Positions 1-9,467 of a stretch of 64,000 nucleotides of DNA are shown one piece after another. The stretch is from contig JAUSGH010000002.1 in the NCBI GenBank assembly GCA_030649055.1, positions 5,357-69,356 of the forward strand. The letters are read 5' to 3'. This DNA comes from a bacterium (GTDB lineage: Bacteria; Patescibacteriota; Minisyncoccia; UBA6257; JAUSGH01). The notes beneath the pieces are model-generated. The model saw only the letters and a program-made list of their open reading frames with translations, had not been told where the DNA came from and did not search any database. Position numbers and translations under genes: made by a program. Each line of letters begins with the position of its first letter. Position 1 is the stretch's first letter.

Positions 1-525
1 CGCAGAAACCTCATTTGACGTTACGATGGAATTACTAAATGCATCCTCGGCGCGCACGACAAAATAATATGTCGTGCCGTTCGTGAGTCCGGTGACGGTC
101 GTCGTAAGCACGTTGCCGACCGAGGTATACGCATAACCGCTTCCGGCAGTCGTGCTTCGTCCCACGTTATAACCCCCGACCGTCCAACCGAGTGCGCCCA
201 CCGATGCCGTCCATGTCACTGTCACTTGGGCATCACCCGCAGCGGCGGTAGCAACCGGCGCATTCACGTACGGGTAATACAGAAATCCACCCTTCACGTC
301 AAAATTTGTTATCGTACTTTCGCCGATGGCCGGCTGCTGCAGCGCGCCATACAACTGAAAGTTTGATGATGCTCCATATCCGCCCGGCACCGCAATAACC
401 GGCGCGGAGATACGAAAATTTGACGACGTAAATTCTTGCGCAAACGCGGGTGGTGCGAAAAGGAGAATGGCGGAAATTAAACCCGCTACATAGATTAAGC
501 TTGCTTTGCGAGTTATGATACTCAT
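1..525 (-). CDS. Secreted fibronectin type III domain protein (5' part; runs off the window)
   Basis: Manual translation from ATG 525 (ATGA overlap with the LamG gene stop): MSIITRKASLIYVAGLISAILLFAPPAFAQ signal peptide, then an FN3 pattern (VTVTWTAS...GYNV...TTVTGLTNGTTYYFVVRAED). Not in the ORF track because it is truncated. Confidence 0.8.
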   Translation of the reverse strand, partial: MSIITRKASLIYVAGLISAILLFAPPAFAQEFTSSNFRISAPVIAVPGGYGASSNFQLYGALQQPAIGESTITNFDVKGGFLYYPYVNAPVATAAAGDAQVTVTWTASVGALGWTVGGYNVGRSTTAGSGYAYTSVGNVLTTTVTGLTNGTTYYFVVRAEDAFSNSIVTSNEVSA

Positions 526-2030
526 TGTCTTGCGGAAGACAGATAAAGCTCATTAATTTCTGTCGCATTCAATGCGCGGTTGTAGATGCGGACGTCGTCA
601 ATTTGGCCGTTAAAAGGCACGTTGCTCCAATTCAGATCATCACCAATTCTCATCCCGCTCACCCCTGCATCAATCAACGCTTTCGTGTGAGCAAAAGTTC
701 CGCTTACCGATGGAGCGCCGTTAAGATACGCCGTTACGGTTGATCCATTAATAGATACGACGACGTGATTCCAAACATTATTATTTATCGTGAAAGCGAA
801 CTGCCCCCACTCTTGATTACTTTGGCCATCGTACGACACAAAATCAAGGACGGTTCCGCTCGTGATACGCAATATCCAGTTCCCATTAAACCCGACTGCA
901 GAATATTTATTACTTGACGCAAGCGCCTGAAGACCAGTTGTTGAACGACGATTAAACCACATCGAAATAGTCATTGTGGTTCCGAGAGATAATGATGAAC
1001 TCGCGGGGACGGCAACATAATCACTGCTCCCATTAAACGAAAGCGCCTGGCCCACAACCCCAGCTCGCACGCTTTTGTTTGTAAGTCCGACAGCATCTCC
1101 ATTATTCCCATTCCCCGACTTATCTAATATCTCCGCGCTAGCGCTTGCCCAATTCACATCCGGCCCATTAAACGACCACATACCGACGAGTCCATTGTTG
1201 AAACTGCTATTTTGGTTCGCGTTAATTGTTGTGCGATAACTTCCCTCTTCATAAAGGCGCTTAATCTCGTCAACGCTTAATGCGCGGTTGTAGATACGGA
1301 CATCGTCTATAGGGCCTGGAAAATTACCGTATGCAGAATACCTGCCGATCTCGGCGTTTCGAGCCGTAGTGCCATAACCAATACCTGAATTCGCCACAGG
1401 GGTCATGTCAAGAATGCCATTTATATATACATTCATAAATGACCCAGTCCATGTTGCGGCGACATGATACCATTGATTTGCGGCGAGAACAGTTTTTGAA
1501 TCCGCCGTTACCCAGACGCCGTTAAATATATAAAGACGGATGACATTCGTGGAAAGACCCGTCAAGAAAAATCCGCCAGTTGAGTTAGATGCTTCCGGTG
1601 AAGCAAAAATGCCGCTCCATGTCACCATATTCGCGGTACGCTTAACCCAAGCCGATACCGTAAAAGCAGTAGTAGGCTTGAGCGTCGCGGATTGCGTAAG
1701 GGCAATGTAATCGTTACTACCATCAAAACTAGCTGCGTTGCCCACCCTACCAGAAGCAGTATGAAGATTTGCCACCGTAACATTGTCGTACATTGTTCCG
1801 GCGTTGTTGTTGCCGCTCCTATCGGTGGTCGTGGTGCACGTATCACACTCATCAAAATTCCAATGACCAACTAAGCCATTTTTCGGCGATGAGCGAATAC
1901 GCACAATCCCCTGCGCCACCTTCAATAATTTCATCGTCGCTTCCGCCAACGGCTGGCGCCAATAAAACCCGGCGCTAAAAATACCGAGTACAGTGGCGGC
2001 AATAATTATTTTTTTTTGACGGCCGTACAT
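522..2030 (-). CDS. Membrane-anchored/secreted protein with two LamG-like (concanavalin A/laminin G3) jellyroll domains
   Basis: N-terminal TM segment; two repeats of GLVG.W.F...D.SGN.N.G...WYHV/WNHVV...YING...F.G.IDDVRIYNRAL. Confidence 0.85.
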   Translation of the reverse strand: MYGRQKKIIIAATVLGIFSAGFYWRQPLAEATMKLLKVAQGIVRIRSSPKNGLVGHWNFDECDTCTTTTDRSGNNNAGTMYDNVTVANLHTASGRVGNAASFDGSNDYIALTQSATLKPTTAFTVSAWVKRTANMVTWSGIFASPEASNSTGGFFLTGLSTNVIRLYIFNGVWVTADSKTVLAANQWYHVAATWTGSFMNVYINGILDMTPVANSGIGYGTTARNAEIGRYSAYGNFPGPIDDVRIYNRALSVDEIKRLYEEGSYRTTINANQNSSFNNGLVGMWSFNGPDVNWASASAEILDKSGNGNNGDAVGLTNKSVRAGVVGQALSFNGSSDYVAVPASSSLSLGTTMTISMWFNRRSTTGLQALASSNKYSAVGFNGNWILRITSGTVLDFVSYDGQSNQEWGQFAFTINNNVWNHVVVSINGSTVTAYLNGAPSVSGTFAHTKALIDAGVSGMRIGDDLNWSNVPFNGQIDDVRIYNRALNATEINELYLSSARQ

Positions 2031-2134
2031 AAATAATATTATCTAACCCGTCAGCACAATGCGGGTTTATTATTCAGTATAACACTCATGCGAGCTTCTT
2101 CTCAAAGAAGTCGTGATTTGCTAGCATAAATGAG

Positions 2135-3445
2135 ATGCAAAAATCACTCGTCTACTTCATCGGCATCGGCGGCATCGGCATCAGCGCCCTGGCGCGCTGG
2201 TTCCGCGCGAACGGCTACGACGTTGCCGGTTCCGACCTTACCAAAAGCTCCACGACGGATGAACTCGCACGCGAGGGCATTGCCGTTGCCATCGGCGCGC
2301 ACGACGAGAAACGCATGTCTAAAAAAATCACACGCATCATCTACAACCAAGCCATTCGCGATGACAATCCCGAACTCGTACGCGCCAAAGAACTCGGCAT
2401 TCCCGTCTCCACGTATCCGCAGGCATTGGGCGAGCTCACAAAAATTTATAGGACAATAGCCATCGCCGGCGCGCACGGCAAAAGCACCACGACCTCAATG
2501 GTCGCGCTTATCATGCAGCGCGCAAAAATGGATCCCACAGTCATCGTCGGCACCAAACTCAAAGAATTCGGCAACCGAAATTTCCGCCGTGGCGGAAGTG
2601 ATCACCTCGTCATTGAAGCGGACGAATGGAAGGCGTCATTTCTGAATTACTTCCCGTTCGCGGCACTGGTCACAAACATTGATCGCGAGCATTTGGATTT
2701 TTACAAAAACTTTACCGCTATAAAAAAAGCATTCGTCCGATTTTTGGAAAACGTGCATCCCTATGGTCTCGTGGTGCTGAACAAGGACGACAAAAATTTA
2801 TTCGCGCTCCGAAAGCGCATCAAGCGTCCGCTTGTGTGGTATACGATCAAAAGTAAGGAAGCGGACGCAATCAAAAAAGTGATGCAAATTCCGGGCGAGC
2901 ACAACTGGTCGGACGCGACCGGTGCCTACACGCTCTGCCGTGCCCTCGGTATCAAAAAAAGCGTCATTTTATCAGCAATTTCTCACTATACCGGTGCGTG
3001 GCGCCGCAGCGAATTCCGAGGGCGTTTCCTAGGGAGTGATGTCTACGACGACTACGGCCATCACCCCACCGAAATCAAAGCGACGCTCGCGGGATTCCGC
3101 GAAAAATTCCCTAATCGGAAAATCATTTGCGTCTTCCAACCGCATCAGCGCGAACGGTTGAAGTTACTGTTCAAAGATTTTGTCGGCGCGTTTGACTCGG
3201 CCGACGATGTCGTCCTACTCCCCCTGTACGCCGTCGCCGGCCGAGATGCCGGATCTGCGTCCGTCTCATCCGAAAAATTAGCGCTCGCGATTGAAAAGCG
3301 TTCCGGAAAAAATATCGCTGTCGCAACGTCGGTTTCCGCGCTCAAAAAAATTCTTGCCGACTTGCGCGTTCAGAATAAAGAAACTATCGTCATCATGATG
3401 GGCGCGGGAAGCATCAATGAGTGGAGCGACAAGTTAATCCAATAA
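2135..3445 (+). CDS. murC: UDP-N-acetylmuramate--L-alanine ligase
   Basis: IGIGGIGISALA, AGAHGKSTTT, EADE, TNIDREHLD, DDYGHHPTEI and FQPH motifs. Confidence 0.95.
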   Translation: MQKSLVYFIGIGGIGISALARWFRANGYDVAGSDLTKSSTTDELAREGIAVAIGAHDEKRMSKKITRIIYNQAIRDDNPELVRAKELGIPVSTYPQALGELTKIYRTIAIAGAHGKSTTTSMVALIMQRAKMDPTVIVGTKLKEFGNRNFRRGGSDHLVIEADEWKASFLNYFPFAALVTNIDREHLDFYKNFTAIKKAFVRFLENVHPYGLVVLNKDDKNLFALRKRIKRPLVWYTIKSKEADAIKKVMQIPGEHNWSDATGAYTLCRALGIKKSVILSAISHYTGAWRRSEFRGRFLGSDVYDDYGHHPTEIKATLAGFREKFPNRKIICVFQPHQRERLKLLFKDFVGAFDSADDVVLLPLYAVAGRDAGSASVSSEKLALAIEKRSGKNIAVATSVSALKKILADLRVQNKETIVIMMGAGSINEWSDKLIQ

Positions 3446-3479
3446 GTCCTATTGGTCTTATGAGTCCTATTTGTCCTAT

Positions 3480-4247
3480 ATGAGCTTATTTGATTACAAA
3501 GACGAAGATCAGTTTAGGGAAAAATGTGGTTACACCATTGACGGCTTGTGGTATCCGCGCGTGACGAAAATTCTTGACATCAAGTCAAAGCCCGCGCTCT
3601 ATTATTACTACGGCGAAGCCAAAAGCTACAAAGCCGCACAAGAAGCAACCGAACTCTCCGCGAAAGAAGGCACGCTCGTCCACGAAACCGTACAGAAATT
3701 ATTAGTCGGCGAACATCCCCCGATTGATCCCTCTATCCGCCCCGCGGTGGAGGGCGCCATGAAATTCGTAGAGGAACACGGCATACAATTTGACGCGGCA
3801 TATATTGAAAAACGCATTTGCAACAAAGACGCGCGCTACGCGGGAACGATTGACGCGATTGCCTTAATCAACGGCCAGCTCGGCGTGCTGGACATCAAAA
3901 CCTCGCAGGCAATTTACCGCGACTACAACCTCCAAACCTCGGCATACATGGCGGCGCTGACACCGGAAATAAAAAACTTGAACACGCGCTGGATCTTCCG
4001 CATTGACCAAAATAAAACGTGCTTCCGTTGCAACGCAACCCTCCGGCCCAAAGGAGGACGCGAAAAAATCCGCCGCGGCAACCACGTGCTCTGCGCGGAA
4101 AACGATCACGACTGGGGCCCCCTAACCGGCGTTCCCGAACTTAAAGAAATGCCATTTTGGAAAGCAGATTTTGAAGGATTTTTGGGCGCCAAAAAACTCT
4201 GGGAGTGGGAGAACGAGAGCTGGTTAAAGAAAATTGGCTATTGTTAG
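3480..4247 (+). CDS. PD-(D/E)XK nuclease superfamily protein (RecB/Cas4/phage exonuclease-like) with a Cys-containing insert
   Basis: PRVTKIL, GTLVHE, YAGTID..., DIKTS and QTSAY motifs; CxxC in CFRC. Confidence 0.75.
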   Translation: MSLFDYKDEDQFREKCGYTIDGLWYPRVTKILDIKSKPALYYYYGEAKSYKAAQEATELSAKEGTLVHETVQKLLVGEHPPIDPSIRPAVEGAMKFVEEHGIQFDAAYIEKRICNKDARYAGTIDAIALINGQLGVLDIKTSQAIYRDYNLQTSAYMAALTPEIKNLNTRWIFRIDQNKTCFRCNATLRPKGGREKIRRGNHVLCAENDHDWGPLTGVPELKEMPFWKADFEGFLGAKKLWEWENESWLKKIGYC

Positions 4248-4281
4248 CCGATGTAAATTTCTCATATTTCATTAAGGTTGT

Positions 4282-4399
4282 CCTTCGATCAACTCAGGAA
4301 CTAAAATTTTTATTCCCTGAGCGGAGGCGCTAGCAAGCGCCGTAGTCGAAGGGCTACGATATTCAGAAATTTTATTCCCTGAGCTTGTCGAAGGGCTAC
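4282..4399. repeat. Cluster of three REP-like units (CCTTCGACAAGCTCAGG / CCTGAGCTTGTCGAAGG family)
   Basis: ccttcgatcaactcagg; ccctgagcg..(hairpin)..gtcgaagggctac; ccctgagcttgtcgaagggctac, lying between convergent genes. Confidence 0.8.
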
Positions 4400-4407
4400 T
4401 ATGAACG

Positions 4408-6765
4408 CTATCCCCTCAGCCGCTTCATAATGTCTTCTTCGATTGCCCGCAAATCCCCTCCGTAACGCTTGCGGGATTGCTCGCGAAGAATATGCAGCGA
4501 ATCCTCTTGGTCCCTGGACGCGCGGATGGTTTGGATGTTAAAGGGAGGCGCTGTCTGCCCGCCAATCAGGAGCTTCGCGTACGCGTTGTAGTTATCAATG
4601 TTGATAAGGTCGCCTTTCGTAAACGTCGGCTCAAACTGCTTCACGAGAAACTCGGCATCCGCCGCTCCCACGCGGAACACGACTAAAGACCCGACGTTGC
4701 CGAACACCGCGTCGCGGATTTTCTCCTGCAGTTGCGCGATAAACTGGTGCGCAACAACGAGGTCTAGGTGATATTTGCGCGCCTCGGAAAGAATGGTGGC
4801 GATGGAATCCGTCGTAAAGTTTTGGAACTCATCAATGTAAAGATAAAAATCGCGCCGCTTCGGCTCCGGCACATCCACGCGCGATAATGATGCCATCAAA
4901 AGCTTCCCCACGATCACCATACCCAAAAGTCCGGCGTTAATGTCGCCGATGCGCCCCTTCGCGAGGTTCACGAGCAAAATTTTCCCTTCGTCCATCACTT
5001 TGCGGAAATTGAACGCCGACTTCCGCTGACCGATAATCGGGCGCACGTAATCGTTCGCGATGAAGTTGTTGAACTTGGAAGTGATATACGGCGTCATGTT
5101 GGCAAGCGACGCTTCGCCGCCGGCTTTCACCGCCTCTTTCTCCCAGAAATCAATTACCGTAGGGTTGTGAATCCGCGCGAGTTTTCGTTTCCGGAACTCC
5201 ACGTCCGTAAAAATACGCGGCACCTCCATCAGCGTTGCCGGTTCGTTCTCCGCGTCTTCCATCAGGAGCAGTAAGGCGTTCCGCATATACTGCTCAAACA
5301 TCGGGCCCATTGTTTCTTGCGAAAAAAGTTTATTGAAAATACCCTGCATTTCATTCACAATAAACGTCTTTTGCTCCGGATAATTCGGGTCATATTCCAG
5401 CATATTTAAGCCCAGCGGATACATCCGGTCGCCCGGGTCAAACACAATCACGTCGTCATAACGCTCCGGCGGAATTGCCGCGAGAATCGCGTCCACCAAA
5501 TCTCCATGCGGATCTATGATTGCCGCGCCTTTCCCGGCGGCGATGTCCGCCCGCACCATATTGACGAGCAGGTTAGATTTACCCGTGCCGGTCTGACCGA
5601 CAACATACACATGCCGCCGCCGATCCTCATCGGTAATATAAATCGGCTTGCGCTCGCCGCGATACAAACTTTCGCCGATAAGCGTGCCACCCTTAGGAAG
5701 CGCCGACGGAGGAGCCGCCTCGCGCGCCTTCACGGCCTTCACGCGCGGAATGTCCGTCGTCGCAATCGGGAAATGAAAAATACTCGCGAGTTCATCGGAG
5801 GAAAGTATCATCGCCTCACTAGAGTCATATTCGCGAAAAATATATTTATAAATGGCCTTGCGCGTGTCACTATATTGTTTCACCTGAAACTCGTTGCGCT
5901 GCGGCGAATAAAACTGCGCGAATGATCCGCTGAGTCCCTCCAATAATTCAGAAGCACGGTATGGCGTCGGCGCCGAAGCAATCAACCGCACATTCACGCT
6001 AAACAAAGGCTTGCTGATTTTTTGATCCAGCGCCTTAATCGCATCCTCGTCAATAATCTTTTGTTCTTTATCCTTTTTTTCTCTGTCCGCTTTGGAAAGC
6101 GGCAATTCAATGCGCGCATGCAACACGTGCTCCAGCTTTTCTCCTTTTTTGAGTTTTGAAATAAAATGCGAGATTTTTGACTTTGTTCCGCGCGGCGCTG
6201 CTGCCACAACAACCTGCAGGGCAATCCCCTCGCCCACCGTGTTCATTTTTGAGAAGTTACTGAGGAGAGGCGCGAACGTGTCCACTTTCGCCTCGGCGTA
6301 CGTGCGCACCGGCAACGCGTAATGCTTTTTGAGTTTCACGTACGCGGCAACCACCTCGCCCTGCGGGTTAAAAATGGTGTAGTCCTCATGCACGGTGTCC
6401 ACCTGCGATTGCGGCCACAGTCCCTGAATTTGCCGAGCGGCAAACTCCGCGTATGGCCGCTCCACCGCGATATAAAACACAATTTCCTCGCCAACATTAT
6501 GCACCGCGATTTCAAATACCGCAGGCGCGTCCGGTTTTACGAGCAACGACAGGAGCTGCGACGTAAGCGCAATTTCGTTCAACGGATCAGCGGTCGTTCC
6601 TTTGTGCTCTTCCGTCGCGCGCACCGGCAACCGCACCAAGAGCAGTCGGCGGTTCAGCGCCTGCGCCAGTCGCTGATGACGCAAATACCGCCGAAGAAAA
6701 TAACCCCCGACTATCGTAGCGCCAACCGCCGCGAATATGATACTGAATGTCAAAGGAGAAACCAT
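4408..6765 (-). CDS. VirD4/TraG-like (HerA/DUF87) coupling-type ATPase with N-terminal TM segment
   Basis: Walker A GQTGTGKS, IIDPHGDL, Walker B YIDEFQNF, LSEARKY, AHQFIAQL, VFGNVG. Confidence 0.85.
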   Translation of the reverse strand: MVSPLTFSIIFAAVGATIVGGYFLRRYLRHQRLAQALNRRLLLVRLPVRATEEHKGTTADPLNEIALTSQLLSLLVKPDAPAVFEIAVHNVGEEIVFYIAVERPYAEFAARQIQGLWPQSQVDTVHEDYTIFNPQGEVVAAYVKLKKHYALPVRTYAEAKVDTFAPLLSNFSKMNTVGEGIALQVVVAAAPRGTKSKISHFISKLKKGEKLEHVLHARIELPLSKADREKKDKEQKIIDEDAIKALDQKISKPLFSVNVRLIASAPTPYRASELLEGLSGSFAQFYSPQRNEFQVKQYSDTRKAIYKYIFREYDSSEAMILSSDELASIFHFPIATTDIPRVKAVKAREAAPPSALPKGGTLIGESLYRGERKPIYITDEDRRRHVYVVGQTGTGKSNLLVNMVRADIAAGKGAAIIDPHGDLVDAILAAIPPERYDDVIVFDPGDRMYPLGLNMLEYDPNYPEQKTFIVNEMQGIFNKLFSQETMGPMFEQYMRNALLLLMEDAENEPATLMEVPRIFTDVEFRKRKLARIHNPTVIDFWEKEAVKAGGEASLANMTPYITSKFNNFIANDYVRPIIGQRKSAFNFRKVMDEGKILLVNLAKGRIGDINAGLLGMVIVGKLLMASLSRVDVPEPKRRDFYLYIDEFQNFTTDSIATILSEARKYHLDLVVAHQFIAQLQEKIRDAVFGNVGSLVVFRVGAADAEFLVKQFEPTFTKGDLINIDNYNAYAKLLIGGQTAPPFNIQTIRASRDQEDSLHILREQSRKRYGGDLRAIEEDIMKRLRG

Positions 6766-6803
6766 ATATGGTACTTATTCCCTGAGCTTGTCGAAGGGAT
6801 ACA

Positions 6804-7202
6804 TTAAAGCAACCCGCGTCTGACCATCTCCTCATGCAACTTTCCCGTCAACGCATCGTGGAACATATCCAAAAGCGCCGGACCGTCTTTTTGCTTTGCG
6901 AGCGCCCGCGCCTCCGCAACCGCCGCGTCAATACCCTTGTGCCACGCAACGTCCACCAACTGCTCAACCTTCAACCGCATCTCGGGAGTCGCGTCGTCGG
7001 AATACGCTGGAAGCGGTGACGCGCCGGCCGATGCCGCCGCCTCATGCCCCGCCCCGCCCGCCGGTTCTCCCTCGCGGATTTTTGCGCCCAACGCGGCCTT
7101 AATCACCTCGCGGCTTTCAATTTCTTTTTGCCGCTCCACCTCCACCGCAAGCCGCTTCATATCCGCCTCTAAGCTACCATGTTCATCAAACTTTTGTTCC
7201 AT
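6804..7202 (-). CDS. Hypothetical protein (small helical)
   Basis: Probable start MEQKFDEHG at 7202 with TATAAT 6 nt upstream; the upstream ORF extension is repeat DNA. Confidence 0.65.
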   Translation of the reverse strand: MEQKFDEHGSLEADMKRLAVEVERQKEIESREVIKAALGAKIREGEPAGGAGHEAAASAGASPLPAYSDDATPEMRLKVEQLVDVAWHKGIDAAVAEARALAKQKDGPALLDMFHDALTGKLHEEMVRRGLL

Positions 7203-7223
7203 CGTTTTATTATAGCGCATCCT

Positions 7224-7356
7224 TGTCATTGCGAGGAGACCGACAGCCATCGGCCGACGAAGCAATCTTACATTATCGTCCGTCATTGCGAAGCCGACCG
7301 CGGTCGGCTGTGGCAATCTCACTCTCCTTATTTCCTGAGCCTGTCGAAGGAATACA
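7224..7356. repeat. Tandem GTCATTGCGA...GCAATCT palindromic repeats plus one CCTGAG...CGAAGG unit
   Basis: gtcattgcgaggagaccgacagccatcggccgacgaagcaatct and gtcattgcgaagccgaccgcggtcggctgtggcaatct; related copies at ~21788-21822 (inverted) and 52390-52416. Confidence 0.75.
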
Positions 7357-7360
7357 TTAA

Positions 7361-7395
7361 AAAGAAAACCAGCCGCCCCATCGGGAACGGCTGGC
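7361..7395 (-). terminator. Intrinsic terminator of the 7414-7644 gene
   Basis: Minus strand GCCAGCCGTTCCCGATGGGGCGGCTGG followed by TTTTCTTTT. Confidence 0.7.
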
Positions 7396-7413
7396 ATTCG
7401 CGTCTGGCCTGTG

Positions 7414-7644
7414 CTACCCCAGCTTCTTCCTGTTCCTGGCCGCCTCAATCGCAACCGGAGGCGTGTTCTCCAACCTCACATCGGTTTCGCACGAAGGACA
7501 GGCAACGTGATACTCGAGGAATCCTTCCAAGCCCCCGACCTCCTTCACGTCTTCCGCCTTCACGCAGTAGACCGCAGCACAGTCCGGATGCTTGCAGGTC
7601 AACTTCTTGCTCCACTCCTTCGGACCTTCCAGGATCTCCGCCAT
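7414..7644 (-). CDS. Small zinc-ribbon-like hypothetical protein (76 aa)
   Basis: CKHPDC...CPSC; SD GGAGGAG upstream of ATG 7644; own promoter and terminator. Confidence 0.7.
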   Translation of the reverse strand: MAEILEGPKEWSKKLTCKHPDCAAVYCVKAEDVKEVGGLEGFLEYHVACPSCETDVRLENTPPVAIEAARNRKKLG

Positions 7645-7672
7645 GGCTAACTCCTCCAAAACGAACACATTC

Positions 7673-7701
7673 ATTATACGCTCTATCTAAGCAAAAGTCA
7701 A
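7673..7701 (-). promoter_or_regulatory. sigma70 promoter TTGACT-N17-TATAAT
   Basis: Near-consensus match on the minus strand upstream of the 7644 start. Confidence 0.75.
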
Positions 7702-7874
7702 GCATTTATACTCCACCATTACGCGGCCGCGTATTAGTGGAGTAATGTTAGTGCGCGCTCTCCCGCAAGCACAACGCTAAAAACCGTAAACGGCTCAACG
7801 GCAGTGCGCTGTTGAGCCGTTAAAAAACATAGGATTTATCTTCTTTTTTAACATCAAAAAATGCTTAAAATCAA

Positions 7875-8148
7875 AGGCGTGCAACGCCTACCTTATCATC
7901 ACTCCTACCTCCAAAGAATGGTGCTCCACAAAAAGGCGCGGCGCTCATTTTCGGCAACATATTGGAGCGATGCGTGAAATTCACGAGTAAAGAAATCGCG
8001 AAGTCGGAACAATGGCGCTGTGTGAATCCCGCAGGTCCGATGGCCATCGGACCGGAGGTTGAGTTCGCCTTGTTCCGGTAACTTCCGCGATTTTTTACGA
8101 ATAGAATTTCCGCGAGCGGAAATCGTTGCTGAAAATGAGCGCGGCGCC
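7875..8148 (+). ncRNA. Repeated structured element, copy A (putative ncRNA or non-autonomous mobile element)
   Basis: Shares the cores GTCGGAACAATGGCGCTGTRTGAATCCCG and AGGTTGAGTTCGCCTTGTTYCGGTAAC with the copies at 16.2 kb and 53.8 kb; forms a long rod 7935-8148. Confidence 0.7.
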
Positions 8149-8242
8149 GCTCTAGTATTCGAGGCGGAGCGGGTAAGAAAAAGAATGGGGCGGCGAAACA
8201 CAAAAAATCGTCGACAAAAATAAGCGCGGCGGCATCCTAATC

Positions 8243-9238
8243 CTACCCGTGCTTAATTTCCACAACATCTCCATCCTGCACCACATACTCCTTCCCTTCC
8301 TGCCGTAGCCACCCCTTCTGCCTCGCCGCGCTCCACGTAACAGCCTCCAACAACTTCTGCCAATTAATCGTCTCCATACGGATAAACTTCTTCTCAAAAT
8401 CCGTATGAATCACGCCTGCGGCTTGCGGAGCTTTCATCCCGCGCTCAATCGTCCACGCCCGCGTCTCATCTTCGCCCGTCGTAAAAAAACTGATCAAGTT
8501 CAAGCTCTTATACGCCTCGCGCACCAACTCCGGAATTTCACTAACCACACCCACATCAACAACGAGATACGAGGCACCTAGCGCTGTAATTTTATCTTTG
8601 AGCGCCTGCGGCACGTCCGCCTCCACGCCATTCAACAAATAAATCTGCGGCTTCGCGGAAAGCAACTGTAAGCCGCTGATCGCCGGCTCATGCCCCATAT
8701 CCAAAATCAACTCGCCTTTTTCCAACCGCGCTTTTGCTTTCTCCAACACCACAAGCTCCGCCGCAGCTTCCTTTTTCCCTCCGCGCGCTTCCTTGCCGGC
8801 GCTCTCCATCCTCTTCGCCACTGTGTCCAAATCCTTCAACACCAATTCGGTGTTGATAATGTCCATGTCGCGCAACGGATCCACGGTATTCTCCACGTGG
8901 ATAATTTCGCTGCCGCCGAAGCACCGCAGCACCTCCACAATCGCGCTACACTCGCGTATGTGCGACAGGAACTTGTTTCCCAATCCTTCACCCGTACTCG
9001 CCCCTTTCACAAGCCCCGCGATGTCATAAAACTCCACGATCGCCGGCACCCGCTTCTTTGATTTACTCATCGCAACCAACTTATCCACCCGCTCGTCGGG
9101 AACAGGAACAATGCCCACATTTGGGTCAATGGTACAAAAAGGATAATTCGCGATATTCACCTCATTCTTCGTGAGGATTTTGAACAGCGTTGACTTGCCG
9201 ACATTCGGGAGGCCAACAATGCCGATGGATAGTTTCAT
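8243..9238 (-). CDS. ychF: Redox-regulated ATPase YchF
   Basis: GIVGLPNVGKSTLF, ANYPFCTIDPN, DIAGLVKGASTGEGLGNKFL, AAGVIHTDF, EGKEYVVQDGD. Confidence 0.95.
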   Translation of the reverse strand: MKLSIGIVGLPNVGKSTLFKILTKNEVNIANYPFCTIDPNVGIVPVPDERVDKLVAMSKSKKRVPAIVEFYDIAGLVKGASTGEGLGNKFLSHIRECSAIVEVLRCFGGSEIIHVENTVDPLRDMDIINTELVLKDLDTVAKRMESAGKEARGGKKEAAAELVVLEKAKARLEKGELILDMGHEPAISGLQLLSAKPQIYLLNGVEADVPQALKDKITALGASYLVVDVGVVSEIPELVREAYKSLNLISFFTTGEDETRAWTIERGMKAPQAAGVIHTDFEKKFIRMETINWQKLLEAVTWSAARQKGWLRQEGKEYVVQDGDVVEIKHG

Positions 9239-9354
9239 CCCGTTAGAAGCAGATCGCAATCAGCGCTCTGCAAAATTATTTACTGGTAATATGAATACCG
9301 TACAGTAAAAAGTAGCGACCGCAAACCTCGCGCGATCGCGGCTTCTAACGGGAT
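9237..9354. mobile_element. MITE-like element with 14-bp terminal inverted repeats ATCCCGTTAGAAGC
   Basis: atcccgttagaagc (9237-9250) ... gcttctaacgggat (9341-9354), perfect IR; no transposase nearby. Confidence 0.6.
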
Positions 9355-9467
9355 TCATCATTCAGTATTATACCGCTAAATCTTTCAAAAGAAAAGGCGT
9401 CTGACGCTTGCGATATTTTCCCCGTCATCCTACAATCATGAAAGCAGTTCCAGCATAAGGAGTCATT

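Noticed and set aside
3480-4399. Cas4-like gene next to repeats, suggesting CRISPR
   Set aside because: The repeats are inverted REP-like units without regular unique spacers; there are no cas1/cas2 or effector genes.
7875-8148. Assigning the triple element to 6S, SRP, RNase P, a riboswitch or a ribozyme
   Set aside because: No SRP domain IV, RNase P GAGGAAAGTCC or hammerhead core is visible. Three dispersed copies next to unrelated genes do not fit a single-copy housekeeping RNA or a metabolite riboswitch.
7871-8203. ORFs over the triple element (7871-8203, 7905-8201, 16202-16495, 53986-54330)
   Set aside because: The shared peptides appear in different frames and with different starts and stops between copies, so conservation is structural rather than coding.
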